Shown here: positions 9,801-18,267 of the stretch, piece by piece
Position numbering within the stretch: the stretch's first letter is position 1
How the letters are laid out: each line of letters opens with the position of its first letter
From: Myxococcota bacterium
GTDB lineage: Bacteria > Myxococcota_A > Polyangia > Nannocystales > Nannocystaceae
Reading direction: 5' to 3'
Assembly (NCBI GenBank): GCA_039028615.1
Contig: JBCCHT010000009.1
Coordinates: 192,001 to 256,000 of the forward strand
DNA: 64,000 bases
Translations under genes and position numbers: made by a program
The notes under the pieces: model-generated
The model's input: the letters and a program-made list of their open reading frames with translations, nothing else
Told to the model about the DNA's origin: nothing
The model's database searches: none

Positions 9801-10191
9801 GAGCAACGAGTGCCGTCGCATCCGCGCGGAGCGAATCACCGTGTTCACGCGCCCCGAGAACAGGCGTTCCTATCTGGTCGAAGGGCTCTTGCCTGGCCGC
9901 AGGAATTGCCCGCGGTGGGTCACCCTCGGTCGCTCTTCAGGCGCCATCTCGTCGTTCGATGTTGCCGGGCTGGGAGTGCGTTGTCTTCAGGCGATTCGAA
10001 TCGTCGATACGACTGGAATCCTGCCGCACGACGAGTCCGATGCGGCCGGCGTGATGCTGCTGGGCGTTGGCTATACGCCGTCCCGCGGTCGCGATCGCAG
10101 ACGTCGGCGTCGGCGTCGCAGACGACGGTGGCTTCGTCGCCTCAACGAGTTCGTGGCCGACGCCGTCGATCGAACACGACGCGACGACTGA
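6877..10191 (+). CDS. Large VWA-domain protein with Ig-like regions, at the head of the eCIS locus
   Basis: MIDAS motif LVLDTSGSM, TPM, LMSDGEHN; Ig-like region VPVTNYGPGSLEI; ends 40 bp before the DUF4255 gene on the same strand. Confidence 0.85.
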   Translation: MPAIYPQTLSGGSVVALAPATVASNWADTLVVNDPDFAFSDEPPGGLPADRFIFISVAFRLFQPGTNIEVADNIAHNLRFSAVPAHWFESENFDPALTDRIVSGVLPEPSDPVAGGGTAQTIAAQGLVTVLGEEVFPIYATISATKPADNIRRLEIMLDDDNDEYNTTHQWVLIVRSEYDVRELTWAVAPASAAPSAPWSDSEQPWIHIPSNTVDVNGGLAVPPNSETDVAVPVTNYGPGSLEIPSGNLGAGSLGFSIAAPVTIPPASTGSIVVRFSAPAAASVVELNASVSGDPAAIALSTNAASEHNSELSMSATVGAVDLALVLDTSGSMRWSRDGLVKNPAIGERRWDDFTEAAASLANDYVNFLGDGVGSLDAGRLSVALFPGGAPDGILPGFDGSAPLTSSTASNLRSALEAITPTGNTPMGVGIGRAMGIGNDLGLFEDSSSSRWMVLMSDGEHNTGQDPEEYADGNDNPPDFFDKNVRLITVAYGLAGETEVDHARLEGLVTSTAAEEVAAEIPDGERSSAVVHGTGDVVSKFRTLLTKVLGVSELVDPWASLSPGASNTHEFTVSKLDDGLSAMVNWPGAAGGKLLQVSLASPLCEVFDEGALSRHEVLRLHGSRHLKSVFVPKAFVHGAIDGRTRYGTWKLIVRHLDAGNEGEAPSLDYNYSILCASRLRLGLSLAETSHETGQPLQFSAKLRLSGGLPVEGATVKLALTRPTSSYNNALAGTSVGPKQLEPVSELMAEVDPLAGWAVKAHAIKLMLGQDLVMPTLTTEVPMVETEPGVYRFEFEQTFLPGTYQALIVATGTADGESFRREATVQAQVVARPEPEATEIDYQFGLDGQLIAHVRLQDAYGNTVLAELGDRPEVSVEARGLPPSGEIQTNYDGWYTQAFPAATEPTQLVVRYDDEIVSEPEVIPVLEHMRWMEEVLFYRSAPKEDDAHSDPKVALGPVRGPTDPFVALGGAGMIMLSNECRRIRAERITVFTRPENRRSYLVEGLLPGRRNCPRWVTLGRSSGAISSFDVAGLGVRCLQAIRIVDTTGILPHDESDAAGVMLLGVGYTPSRGRDRRRRRRRRRRRWLRRLNEFVADAVDRTRRDD

Positions 10192-10231
10192 ACTCGATAG
10201 CCGAGCCCAACCCTTCTCCTCACCGACTCTC

Positions 10232-10843
10232 ATGGCCGCATTTACTGCCGTACGCGCCGTCAGTGACTCCATCGTGGGGTTTCTGAACGCACGCCACCAG
10301 ACGGAGGGCATGCCCGGCGAGGAGGGCGTGCGCTTCGCCGAGCGCTATCCCGCCACGATTCGGTTGGTCTCCAGCGGTGAGCTGGCCGACGACAACGCGA
10401 CACAGTCGTTCGAGCCTGCGCTGCTGCTGTACTTGTATCGCATCGGAGTCAACGAACAGCTGCGCACTGCGAACCGACTCGGCGACCAACGGCGCGGACC
10501 GATGCATCTCGATCTGCACTACATGCTCAGCGTCTGGTCGTCGTCGGCCGACACCGAGCACACCCTGATGACCTGGGCACTCCGCACCATTCAGGACAAC
10601 CCGGTCCTCGACTCGTCGTTCCTGAGCCCGGAAGGTATGTGGGAGCGACACGATGCGATCCAGCTGACGCCCGAGGAACTCACCAACGAAGACCTCCTGC
10701 GGCTGTGGGACGGGTTGGTGCCCTCGTATCGCATGAGCTACACGTACGTCGCTCGCGTGGTGACCATCGATCCCGCGGACCCCGAGACCTACGGCAACGT
10801 CATCGTTCGCGACATCACGGTGCGCGACGAGGAGAGAGACTGA
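10232..10843 (+). CDS. DUF4255 / Pvc16-Afp16-like tail terminator (cap)
   Basis: LLYLYRIGVN, LDLHYMLSVW, EHTLMTWALRTIQDNPVL, LWDGLVPSYRMSYTYVARVV; ATG 10232 is preferred to the track start. Confidence 0.9.
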   Translation: MAAFTAVRAVSDSIVGFLNARHQTEGMPGEEGVRFAERYPATIRLVSSGELADDNATQSFEPALLLYLYRIGVNEQLRTANRLGDQRRGPMHLDLHYMLSVWSSSADTEHTLMTWALRTIQDNPVLDSSFLSPEGMWERHDAIQLTPEELTNEDLLRLWDGLVPSYRMSYTYVARVVTIDPADPETYGNVIVRDITVRDEERD

Positions 10844-11677
10844 ATGCCCGCGGTGATCGAAATAGCCGATCGCGCGCTCGCGGGGATTCGTTTCGAGGAT
10901 GCCGCGACGCGGACCCCCGTCAGCGAGCCCTTGCACGTCAGCGCGCAGGGACTGTCGCTCTATCGGAATCATCGACACATCTACGTCGTACGCGAGGCGG
11001 CGGGGCTGGAGGCCCATGTTCATGCCGTGGGGGCCGCCCCCGCCCTTCCCGTGCCCGGCTTGCTGCCCTTCGAGGTCGAGGTACGCGACCCAACCGGCCT
11101 GTACCTCCCTCGTCGCTTCACCCTGGACCTTCCCCGGGTCGACCACGCGGACGACGACGACGCCGCGCATCGCCTGGTGAACGTGACGCTCTATCGCTCG
11201 CCGCTGGCCCCGAGCTCTCTGCATTGGGCGTTGGTGCGGGTGCGCCTGGAAGACGCGGCCGGAAACCCGGTGCCGGGGCTGGTGCGGGTGGTGTTCGAGC
11301 CCGCGGCGCCCGACGAGCCAGAAGTGCTGGGCATGGGGATGAGCGTGGTCGCCGATCCGCTCGCTGCGGAACTCGCCCGGCGTGCTCCCCCCGGCGGGCG
11401 CTGGGTGCACTTCGATGCGCGTCAGCACGGGGAGGTCTGTGTCCCCGTGGTCGGTCTATCGAGCACGGTGTGGAGCGATGGCTCCGGGACCGACCCGGAC
11501 ACGGTGACACTCGATGCGGTTCCCGTGGTGCTCGAGGTCATTCCGATGGCGACGGCCGGGGGCCTCCCCAATCCCGATCTCAGCGTCGATGCCGTCGCGG
11601 ACGACGACAATCGACACGATCTTCAACTACGCGTGGGCCAAGAGTTCGTCGTCGGCCCTCTCGAAGTAACCCTTTGA
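10844..11677 (+). CDS. eCIS-associated hypothetical protein (carboxypeptidase-regulatory-like/Ig-like)
   Basis: Abuts the DUF4255 gene and precedes the sheath; DPTGLYLPRRF, VRVRLEDAAGNPVPG. Confidence 0.7.
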   Translation: MPAVIEIADRALAGIRFEDAATRTPVSEPLHVSAQGLSLYRNHRHIYVVREAAGLEAHVHAVGAAPALPVPGLLPFEVEVRDPTGLYLPRRFTLDLPRVDHADDDDAAHRLVNVTLYRSPLAPSSLHWALVRVRLEDAAGNPVPGLVRVVFEPAAPDEPEVLGMGMSVVADPLAAELARRAPPGGRWVHFDARQHGEVCVPVVGLSSTVWSDGSGTDPDTVTLDAVPVVLEVIPMATAGGLPNPDLSVDAVADDDNRHDLQLRVGQEFVVGPLEVTL

Positions 11678-11719
11678 TGCGACCCGTTTTCGTTCCGTAA
11701 CGGAAGAGGAAGAACACCG

Positions 11720-14161
11720 ATGCCCGAATACCTGGCGCCAGCCGTATACGTCGAAGAGACCAGTTTTCGGTCCAAGCCGCTCGAAGGGGTGAGTACGAGC
11801 ACGACTGCATTCGTCGGCCTCACCCGCCGTGGGCCCGTGACCACCGAGGTCGAGAACCTGTCCGATGAGGAGCGTGAACTCATCACGCCCGAGTTGGTGA
11901 CCAGCGTCCCCGACTTCGAGCGCCTGTATGGAGGGACGACTCCGCTCCAGCATGTCGGCGCAGACGAGCGCACCAACTACCTGGCACAGGCGGTGCGGGG
12001 CTTCTTTGCCAACGGCGGCCGTCGGCTCTACGTCGCGCGGGTGTTTCGACGCTCTGTGGGCACCCATGGGCGTGCCGCGAGTCGGTTCATCGTGGGGGCC
12101 GACGGGGACCCGGTTCGGGCGCGATTCGAGGCACGAACTCCCGGAGCGGCCGGCAACGGCCGGATCACCGTCACGCAGCTGACCGCGCCGGCGACCCCCA
12201 ACTCTCTGAACAACGCGCTCGAGGGGACGATGATCCGCACGGGCGCGCAAGACCCCCGCACGCCCAGCACGGGCCAAGGAGGTGTGCCCGACTTCCGGGT
12301 GGGCGCAGGGGCGGAGTTCGCTCTCGACGTCGATGGCAACCCGTTCTCGATCACGTTCGAAGGGCGTCGCGCGCAGGTCTCTACTCCCGCGGGGTTGCCC
12401 GAGCCGGTGGTGATCGCGGCGGGGGAGGCCGACCTCGAAGTCACCGTCAACGGCCTCACGCAGACCGTCTCGTTGCCCGTGGGGAACATCCCGCGCACGG
12501 AGCTGGCGCTGCGACTCAACGAAGCGCTGCAAGGCGGGGCGTTCGCGACCCTGACCGCCGGCGACGAGCTGGTGATCGGTAGCGAGATCGAAGGGGCGGA
12601 CTCGCGGGTGGCGGTGGCTGCCAATCCTTCCTTCGGGTTCCCAGCCGATGCTGCCGATGATGCGAGCGTCGACAGCAACGTCGCGAACCTCAACGCGGTC
12701 ACGGCCAACGAGATCAACGGATTACTCGCCGCCGCGGCCGCGCCGGTCGATGTCTCTCTAGATCCGGCCACGCTGCGGCTGGTGCTCACGACGCAATCGG
12801 TCGGCGCGGGCTCGCTCATCACGGTGGTGGACCCGGGGGCAGGCAACTCGGCCCATGCTGCCCTCGGTTTCACGCTCGGCGCCCAGACTCCGGGGCAAGA
12901 CGGGCAAGTGGTGCAGTACTACGTCAAGACCGGGTCGGCGTGGCTGGATGCGGGTGATAACCCCGGGGTCTTCGATCCCATGCCGGACGGTGGGGTCGAG
13001 TTCGTCTCGATCAACGTGGAGGCTCGAGACGCCGATGGCTTCCGGCAGAACTTCGAGGATCTGGCCCTATCTCCCGCTCACCCGAGCTACATCGGTGCCG
13101 TGATCGCGCCGATGCCCGCGCGACGACGGAGCCAGCTCGAGAACCTGGTCGCGCTGGTGGTCGAGGGCAACGTGACGCCGTTCCAGCTGCGAGAGGGGCT
13201 CCTCGGCGCGGCGGGGGTCGGTGGGGCCAATCCAGAGCAACGCGTGGCCGTCGCGCTGCCCATGACGGGCGGCAACGACGGTGACGAACCCTCGGCCGAG
13301 GAGTTCCGAGAGGCACTGAACGCCCTCGATGCCCTCGAGGGGGTCTCGATCGTTGCGGCTCCGGGCTCCAGCGCCAACCCGGCCCATGCGGCGATTCGCA
13401 ACCACGTCATCACCCACGTCGAGCAGCGCCGCGCCTACAAGATCGCCGTGCTCGATCCTCCCGAGGGGCAAACCCTCGGTGAAGTGCGGGGCGTTCGGGC
13501 GTCCTTCGATAGTCGCTACGCCGCGCTCTACTACCCGTGGCTCGTGGTACCCAACCCGGACTCCGCCCCGGGGAATCGCTCGCGTCCGGCCGAGATTCGC
13601 GTGCCGCCGTCGGGTCATATCTGTGGGGTCTATGCGCGGTCCGACGCCGAGCGAGGAGTGCACAAGGCTCCCGCCAACGAGGTCCTTCGCGGGGTCACGC
13701 GCTTCGAGACCAACATCAACATGCGTCAGCAAGAGGCGCTGAACCCCGAAGGCATCAACGCGCTGCGGTCTTTCCCCGGACGCGGCAACCGGATCTGGGG
13801 GGCTCGGCTCGCGTCTTCCGACCCCGAACTCAAGTACGTCAACGTGCGGCGCTACCTCAACTACATCGCCGCGACGCTCGACCGAGGCACGCAGTGGGTC
13901 GTGTTCGAGCCTAACGGTGAGCTGCTGTGGGCTCGCGTACGCTCGACGGTGAGAGACTTTCTGTACAACGAGTGGGTCGGGGGCGCGCTGCTGGGGAGCA
14001 CCCAGGACGAGGCCTTCTCGGCGCGGTGTGATCGCTCGATCATGACGCAGAACGACTTGGACAACGGTCGGCTCGTCTGCGAGGTCGGGATGGCGATCGT
14101 CAAGCCGGCGGAATTCGTAATTTTCCGAATTGGCCAGAAAACGGCCAACGCGAACGGATGA
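11720..14161 (+). CDS. Contractile tail sheath protein 1 with a large central insertion
   Basis: MPEYLAPAVYVEE, FFANGGRRLYVARV, YAALYYPWL, PPSGHICG, GVHKAPANE, LNPEGINALR, YVNVRR, WVVFEPN, KPAEFVIFRI. Confidence 0.97.
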   Translation: MPEYLAPAVYVEETSFRSKPLEGVSTSTTAFVGLTRRGPVTTEVENLSDEERELITPELVTSVPDFERLYGGTTPLQHVGADERTNYLAQAVRGFFANGGRRLYVARVFRRSVGTHGRAASRFIVGADGDPVRARFEARTPGAAGNGRITVTQLTAPATPNSLNNALEGTMIRTGAQDPRTPSTGQGGVPDFRVGAGAEFALDVDGNPFSITFEGRRAQVSTPAGLPEPVVIAAGEADLEVTVNGLTQTVSLPVGNIPRTELALRLNEALQGGAFATLTAGDELVIGSEIEGADSRVAVAANPSFGFPADAADDASVDSNVANLNAVTANEINGLLAAAAAPVDVSLDPATLRLVLTTQSVGAGSLITVVDPGAGNSAHAALGFTLGAQTPGQDGQVVQYYVKTGSAWLDAGDNPGVFDPMPDGGVEFVSINVEARDADGFRQNFEDLALSPAHPSYIGAVIAPMPARRRSQLENLVALVVEGNVTPFQLREGLLGAAGVGGANPEQRVAVALPMTGGNDGDEPSAEEFREALNALDALEGVSIVAAPGSSANPAHAAIRNHVITHVEQRRAYKIAVLDPPEGQTLGEVRGVRASFDSRYAALYYPWLVVPNPDSAPGNRSRPAEIRVPPSGHICGVYARSDAERGVHKAPANEVLRGVTRFETNINMRQQEALNPEGINALRSFPGRGNRIWGARLASSDPELKYVNVRRYLNYIAATLDRGTQWVVFEPNGELLWARVRSTVRDFLYNEWVGGALLGSTQDEAFSARCDRSIMTQNDLDNGRLVCEVGMAIVKPAEFVIFRIGQKTANANG

Positions 14162-14169
14162 GGTGAATC

Positions 14170-14643
14170 ATGAAGCGCACATCGCCCTACGGAAACTACA
14201 ACTTCACCGTCGACCTGAAGAGCGAGGGCGTCGACATCAGCAGTGCGTTCGGAGGGTTTTCGGACGTGTCGGGCCTGGGGACGGAGCTCACCGTCGCCGA
14301 GTACCGCAACGGTAACGACGACGAGATGCACGTGCGGAAGATTCCCGGCTTGCACTCGACGCCCGACGTGACCTGCAAACGCGGCGTACTCAACTCGAAG
14401 GATCTGTGGGAGTGGATCGAGAACACGCGGCTGCAGAGCGTCGGGCAGCAACGCAACGTCGTCATCACCATGAACGACGAAGCGGGCAAGGCGGTTCAGT
14501 CGTGGACTTTGTTCAACTGCATCCCGCTCAAGTACACGGGGCCGACCTTTGCCGGCAAAGGTGGTGGTGACGTGGCGATGGAGGAGCTGGTGTTGTCCTG
14601 CGAGGGGATTCGCCTCGACGGAGTAGGGCCGACCCGGAACTAG
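14170..14643 (+). CDS. Tail tube protein (T4 gp19-like; Afp1/5)
   Basis: PYGNYNFTV, FSDVSGL, EYRNG, KIPGL, KRGV, LWEWI, VAMEELVL. Confidence 0.95.
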   Translation: MKRTSPYGNYNFTVDLKSEGVDISSAFGGFSDVSGLGTELTVAEYRNGNDDEMHVRKIPGLHSTPDVTCKRGVLNSKDLWEWIENTRLQSVGQQRNVVITMNDEAGKAVQSWTLFNCIPLKYTGPTFAGKGGGDVAMEELVLSCEGIRLDGVGPTRN

Positions 14644-14652
14644 CGAACTACG

Positions 14653-16224
14653 ATGCTACGCGGACTCGAATTCGAGACCTGGACCGCGCCGGTCGATCGC
14701 GCGCGGAACCGAGTGGATGTGGCGTGTTTCGTCGGGCTCGCCCGACGAAGCGAACGCGCTCTGCCTCCCTTGGTCCTCGCGTGGTTGGCTCGCGAGGGAT
14801 GGGTCGATGCCCCCGGCCAGCCGAAGTCCGAGGACGTTCGGTTCGGCGATACGTGGGCCCTCGATGACTCGCCACACCTGCCGATCCCCATCGACGATTG
14901 GTCCGCGTTCAAGCAGCTGTTCAGGGGGCGGTCCACTGCGGCCGATGGTGCGTCGGAGGTCGACTACCTGGCCGCCGCCGTTCGTTCGTTCTTCGTCCAG
15001 GGCGGGCGTCGCTGCTACGTGGTCGCGGTCGGGGCTCCGATGGCGTGGGATACCGAGCGTGTGCAGCGGCTGGAGGCTCTGCCTTCGATCCTGCCGCAGC
15101 TGTCGGGCAACGTCTCTGCGATCTCGGCCACCGAGCGGAGGGACTGGCGCGGCGTCGGCGTGCTGCACGGGGTGGAAGAAGCGTCGTGGTTGGCCTTGCC
15201 GGACCTCCCGTTCCTGGCCGCGGCCGACATCGTCGAACTCGAGCCCTTCGAGCCCGAGGAGCAGCCCTTCGATGCATTCGAGGAGTGCAGCGAACACCTG
15301 CCCGAGGTGCCTGAAACGGTGCGGTCCCGGGTCGCCGCTCCGCGCTGCGATTCCGAAGAGTACCGAGAGTGGGCGACGTGGATCGCCACCGCACGGCGCT
15401 TCCTCCAGTCGTTTCGACGCGACATGCAGCTGGTGGCGGCGGTTCCTCTGCCGCAACGGGGCTCCTGGGCAGCGCGAGATCTGCTCGGGGCCCTGGCCGA
15501 GTGGCGGATCTGGGGAGGCTCGGTGGTGGAGCCCGAGCACGCGTTCGCCAGTCGCTTCGTGCAGCTGGTCTACCCATGGCTGAGATGGAGCGGTTCGGCC
15601 GGGCTGCCCGAGGACATCGAGCCTCCCGACGGCACGTTCCTCGGCGTCTTGGCCCGAGCCACGCTCCAGCAGGGGGCGTATCGCAGCGCCGTCGGGCAGC
15701 CCATCCGAGAGCTGCGATCGGTCGTGCCGCCGCTTTCTCGCGCGCAGCAAGAGCAAGAAGGCCCCGATGGACGGGTGTTGCTGGAACGCATCTCGTTGTT
15801 GGGACCCTCGGTCGAGGGGCCCACGCTTCTTTCGGATGTCACCAGCGCCGAGGAGGAGGTCTGGCGAACGGCCAACATCGTGCGACTGCATGCCGTGTGG
15901 ATCCGTGCCCTGCGGCAGGCGGGGGAGACGATGGTGTTCGAGCCTTCGTCCGAGACGGTGTGGGCGGCGGTTCGTGATCGAGTGGACCAGGTCGGCCGTA
16001 TTCTGTTTCGAGACGGAGCATTGCGAGGGCGAAGCGCGGACGAGTCGTTCTCGGTGCGTTGCGATCGCAACACGATGTCGCAGGCCGACATCGATGCTGG
16101 TCGGCTGGTGGCCGAGGTCGGCTACCTTCCCGCGGCCCCGGTCGAGCGGATCTTCATCGCACTCGCGCTCTCCGAGGACCAGCGGGTCGACGTCGTTCGA
16201 GAACTCGCGGAGGGGCAATCATGA
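14653..16224 (+). CDS. Divergent tail sheath protein 2
   Basis: DVACFVG, AVRSFFVQGGRRCYVV, YPWL, PPDG, VFEP, FSVRCD, GRLVAEVGYLPAAPVERI. Confidence 0.88.
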   Translation: MLRGLEFETWTAPVDRARNRVDVACFVGLARRSERALPPLVLAWLAREGWVDAPGQPKSEDVRFGDTWALDDSPHLPIPIDDWSAFKQLFRGRSTAADGASEVDYLAAAVRSFFVQGGRRCYVVAVGAPMAWDTERVQRLEALPSILPQLSGNVSAISATERRDWRGVGVLHGVEEASWLALPDLPFLAAADIVELEPFEPEEQPFDAFEECSEHLPEVPETVRSRVAAPRCDSEEYREWATWIATARRFLQSFRRDMQLVAAVPLPQRGSWAARDLLGALAEWRIWGGSVVEPEHAFASRFVQLVYPWLRWSGSAGLPEDIEPPDGTFLGVLARATLQQGAYRSAVGQPIRELRSVVPPLSRAQQEQEGPDGRVLLERISLLGPSVEGPTLLSDVTSAEEEVWRTANIVRLHAVWIRALRQAGETMVFEPSSETVWAAVRDRVDQVGRILFRDGALRGRSADESFSVRCDRNTMSQADIDAGRLVAEVGYLPAAPVERIFIALALSEDQRVDVVRELAEGQS

Positions 16225-16745
16225 CGGGCTTCGTGGCCGAGGCGATGTCGCCGTTTCCCGCCTTTCGGTTCCAGGTGGACTTCCGCGAGCATCGACTCAC
16301 TCGCGGCGAACAGCCCGGGGACCTCGTACGCCTATGTCGGGGGTCGTTTTCCGAGTGCACCGGGCTCGAGGCGACCATGGAACCCAAGGTGATCAAGGAA
16401 GGCGGGCGCAACTATGGCGCGGCCCAGCGCGTGGGTGCAGTCACCTTCGGTAGCGTCGTGCTCAAGCGGGGCATGACCTCCAATGAAGATCTGTGGCGAT
16501 GGTTCAAGCTGGTCGCCAGAGGGGGCTACGCCTATCGGCTGACGGCGGACATCACCGTGCTCGGACCTTCGACGAGCGGTGGTGAGCCCGTCGCTCGTTG
16601 GGTCTGGCGCCTGCGGCACTGCTTGCCGACCAAGTTCAAGGCGCCGGACCTCGATGCCAAGGGCGACCAGGTCGCGATCGAGGAACTCCAGCTCGCCCAC
16701 GAAGGGCTCGACTTGTTGCAGGCACCGAGGGGAGGCTCGACGTGA
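16221..16745 (+). CDS. Tail tube protein 2 (gp19-like)
   Basis: PAFRFQVDF, FSECTGL, KEGGRN, LKRGM, LWRWF, PTKFKAPDLDA, VAIEELQLAHEG; ATG 16221 overlaps the sheath 2 stop. Confidence 0.93.
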   Translation: MTGFVAEAMSPFPAFRFQVDFREHRLTRGEQPGDLVRLCRGSFSECTGLEATMEPKVIKEGGRNYGAAQRVGAVTFGSVVLKRGMTSNEDLWRWFKLVARGGYAYRLTADITVLGPSTSGGEPVARWVWRLRHCLPTKFKAPDLDAKGDQVAIEELQLAHEGLDLLQAPRGGST

Positions 16746-18085
16746 CACAACAAGGGCGCGAAGACCCGAGTGAGCGCATCACCCGGGCCAAGTTTCGGAT
16801 CGTGCAAGGGCCGGGGCGAGGGCAGACGATCGACGTCAGCTTCAACCCCGAGAGCCTGGAATACACCGTCACCAACAACATCCAACAGCGCGGCAACTCG
16901 GACTCAAACAAGCAGTACGTCAGCAAGTCCTCGGGCAAGCTGTCGATGGACCTGGTGTTCGATACGACGGACACCGGGACCGACGTCCGTACGCATACCG
17001 AGCAGATGCAGAAGCTGATGCGGCCCGGCGAGGAAGGCCGCCGCAAGGTTGCCAGCATCGTCGAGTTTCGCTGGGGCGTTTACAAGATCAAGGGGGTCCT
17101 CGAGAACTACAAGGAGACCCTCGACTTCTTCTCGCCGACCGGCGTGCCCCTGCGTGCGAGCGTCAGCGTCACGATCTCACAGCAAGACGGGCTCTTCGAG
17201 ACTACCGATCGCGGAAGCTCGGGGCTTCCCAACGACTCGCTCGAGTTGTCGGTCACTCCGGGCCAGTCGCCGACGGGTGACCCTCAGGAGGACCGCAAGG
17301 TCAACAACGCCAGCGGGCAGGAGAAGCCGCGGTTCCCCGAGCGAGAGACGGTGGCGGTCCCACGAGAGCCGGAGCTGCAGCCGCCCTCCAGCTTCGCCCC
17401 TTCCGGCCCCGCGGGCATCGAGCTCGGCGCGGGTCTCGATGTCGATGTCGATCTGAGTCTCGAGGCGCAGCTGGATGTTGGCCTGGGCCTGGATCTGGAA
17501 GTCGGGCTCGATGTCGGGCTCGGATTGGATGTCGGGCTCGATGTGAGCCTCGGTCTCGACGCCAGCCTCGGATTGGACCTGGGCCTCGACATCGGTCTCG
17601 AGCTGCTCACGGACGGTGGAACCGGAGTAGCCTCAGGTGGGCGCCCGGGGCCTGTCTCGGGCAGAAGTGGCTCCCCTCGACCGGGAGCGTCGAGCGGTCG
17701 GGCAGCGGGCGCTCGCTCCCCCCGGGGTAGGCCCGGGTCTACTGCGGCTGACGCTGGTCCGCCGTCGGTCTTCGGCCCCCGATCCAGCCAACCATCGGGT
17801 CGGGTCGAGGGTCCGGAGTTCGGTGGGCGAAGCTCGGCTGGGGTGCCCGCGATCCGAGGTGCGTTCGCAGGCCTTCGCACCGACAATCGCCCTCGCCCCC
17901 GCCGACCATTTCGACCGGTCGAGGTGCAGGCGATCGCCGCCGAACGAACCCCGCGGGCCGACCCCACGTCCCGCTTCGAGGTCGGTGGCCGTGCGATCGG
18001 CTCCGGCAACGCGGGCATGGCTGCGGACGTAGGGGCCAAGGCCACGCTGGCGAGCCGGATTCGTTTCGATGAGGAGGAACTGTGA
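16742..18085 (+). CDS. Afp7-like CIS tube initiator with a long low-complexity C-terminal extension
   Basis: FNPESLEY, LSMDLVFDT, FRWG, FFSPTGVPLRASVSVTI; GTG 16742 overlaps the tube 2 stop. Confidence 0.85.
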   Translation: MTQQGREDPSERITRAKFRIVQGPGRGQTIDVSFNPESLEYTVTNNIQQRGNSDSNKQYVSKSSGKLSMDLVFDTTDTGTDVRTHTEQMQKLMRPGEEGRRKVASIVEFRWGVYKIKGVLENYKETLDFFSPTGVPLRASVSVTISQQDGLFETTDRGSSGLPNDSLELSVTPGQSPTGDPQEDRKVNNASGQEKPRFPERETVAVPREPELQPPSSFAPSGPAGIELGAGLDVDVDLSLEAQLDVGLGLDLEVGLDVGLGLDVGLDVSLGLDASLGLDLGLDIGLELLTDGGTGVASGGRPGPVSGRSGSPRPGASSGRAAGARSPRGRPGSTAADAGPPSVFGPRSSQPSGRVEGPEFGGRSSAGVPAIRGAFAGLRTDNRPRPRRPFRPVEVQAIAAERTPRADPTSRFEVGGRAIGSGNAGMAADVGAKATLASRIRFDEEEL

Positions 18086-18255
18086 TGGATGTCGATATCG
18101 GTGAAGTGCAAGCACAAGTCGAGGCCCCTTCGGCCGAGCCCTCCGCGAGCTCGAGCCCGTCGTCTCGCGGCAAAGGGCTCACCGAGCTCGCCCACGACCA
18201 AGAACTCGCCGAGCGCCGAGCACAGCGGCTTCGCGATCGGCTACGGGCCGACTGA
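18085..18255 (+). CDS. Small 56-aa eCIS protein (Afp6-like position), absent from the ORF track
   Basis: MDVDIGEVQAQVEAPS...ERRAQRLRDRLRAD; TGATG coupling, RBS GAGGAGG; fills the gap before the hub gene. Confidence 0.75.
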   Translation: MDVDIGEVQAQVEAPSAEPSASSSPSSRGKGLTELAHDQELAERRAQRLRDRLRAD

Positions 18256-18267
18256 GAGGTTGACCGA

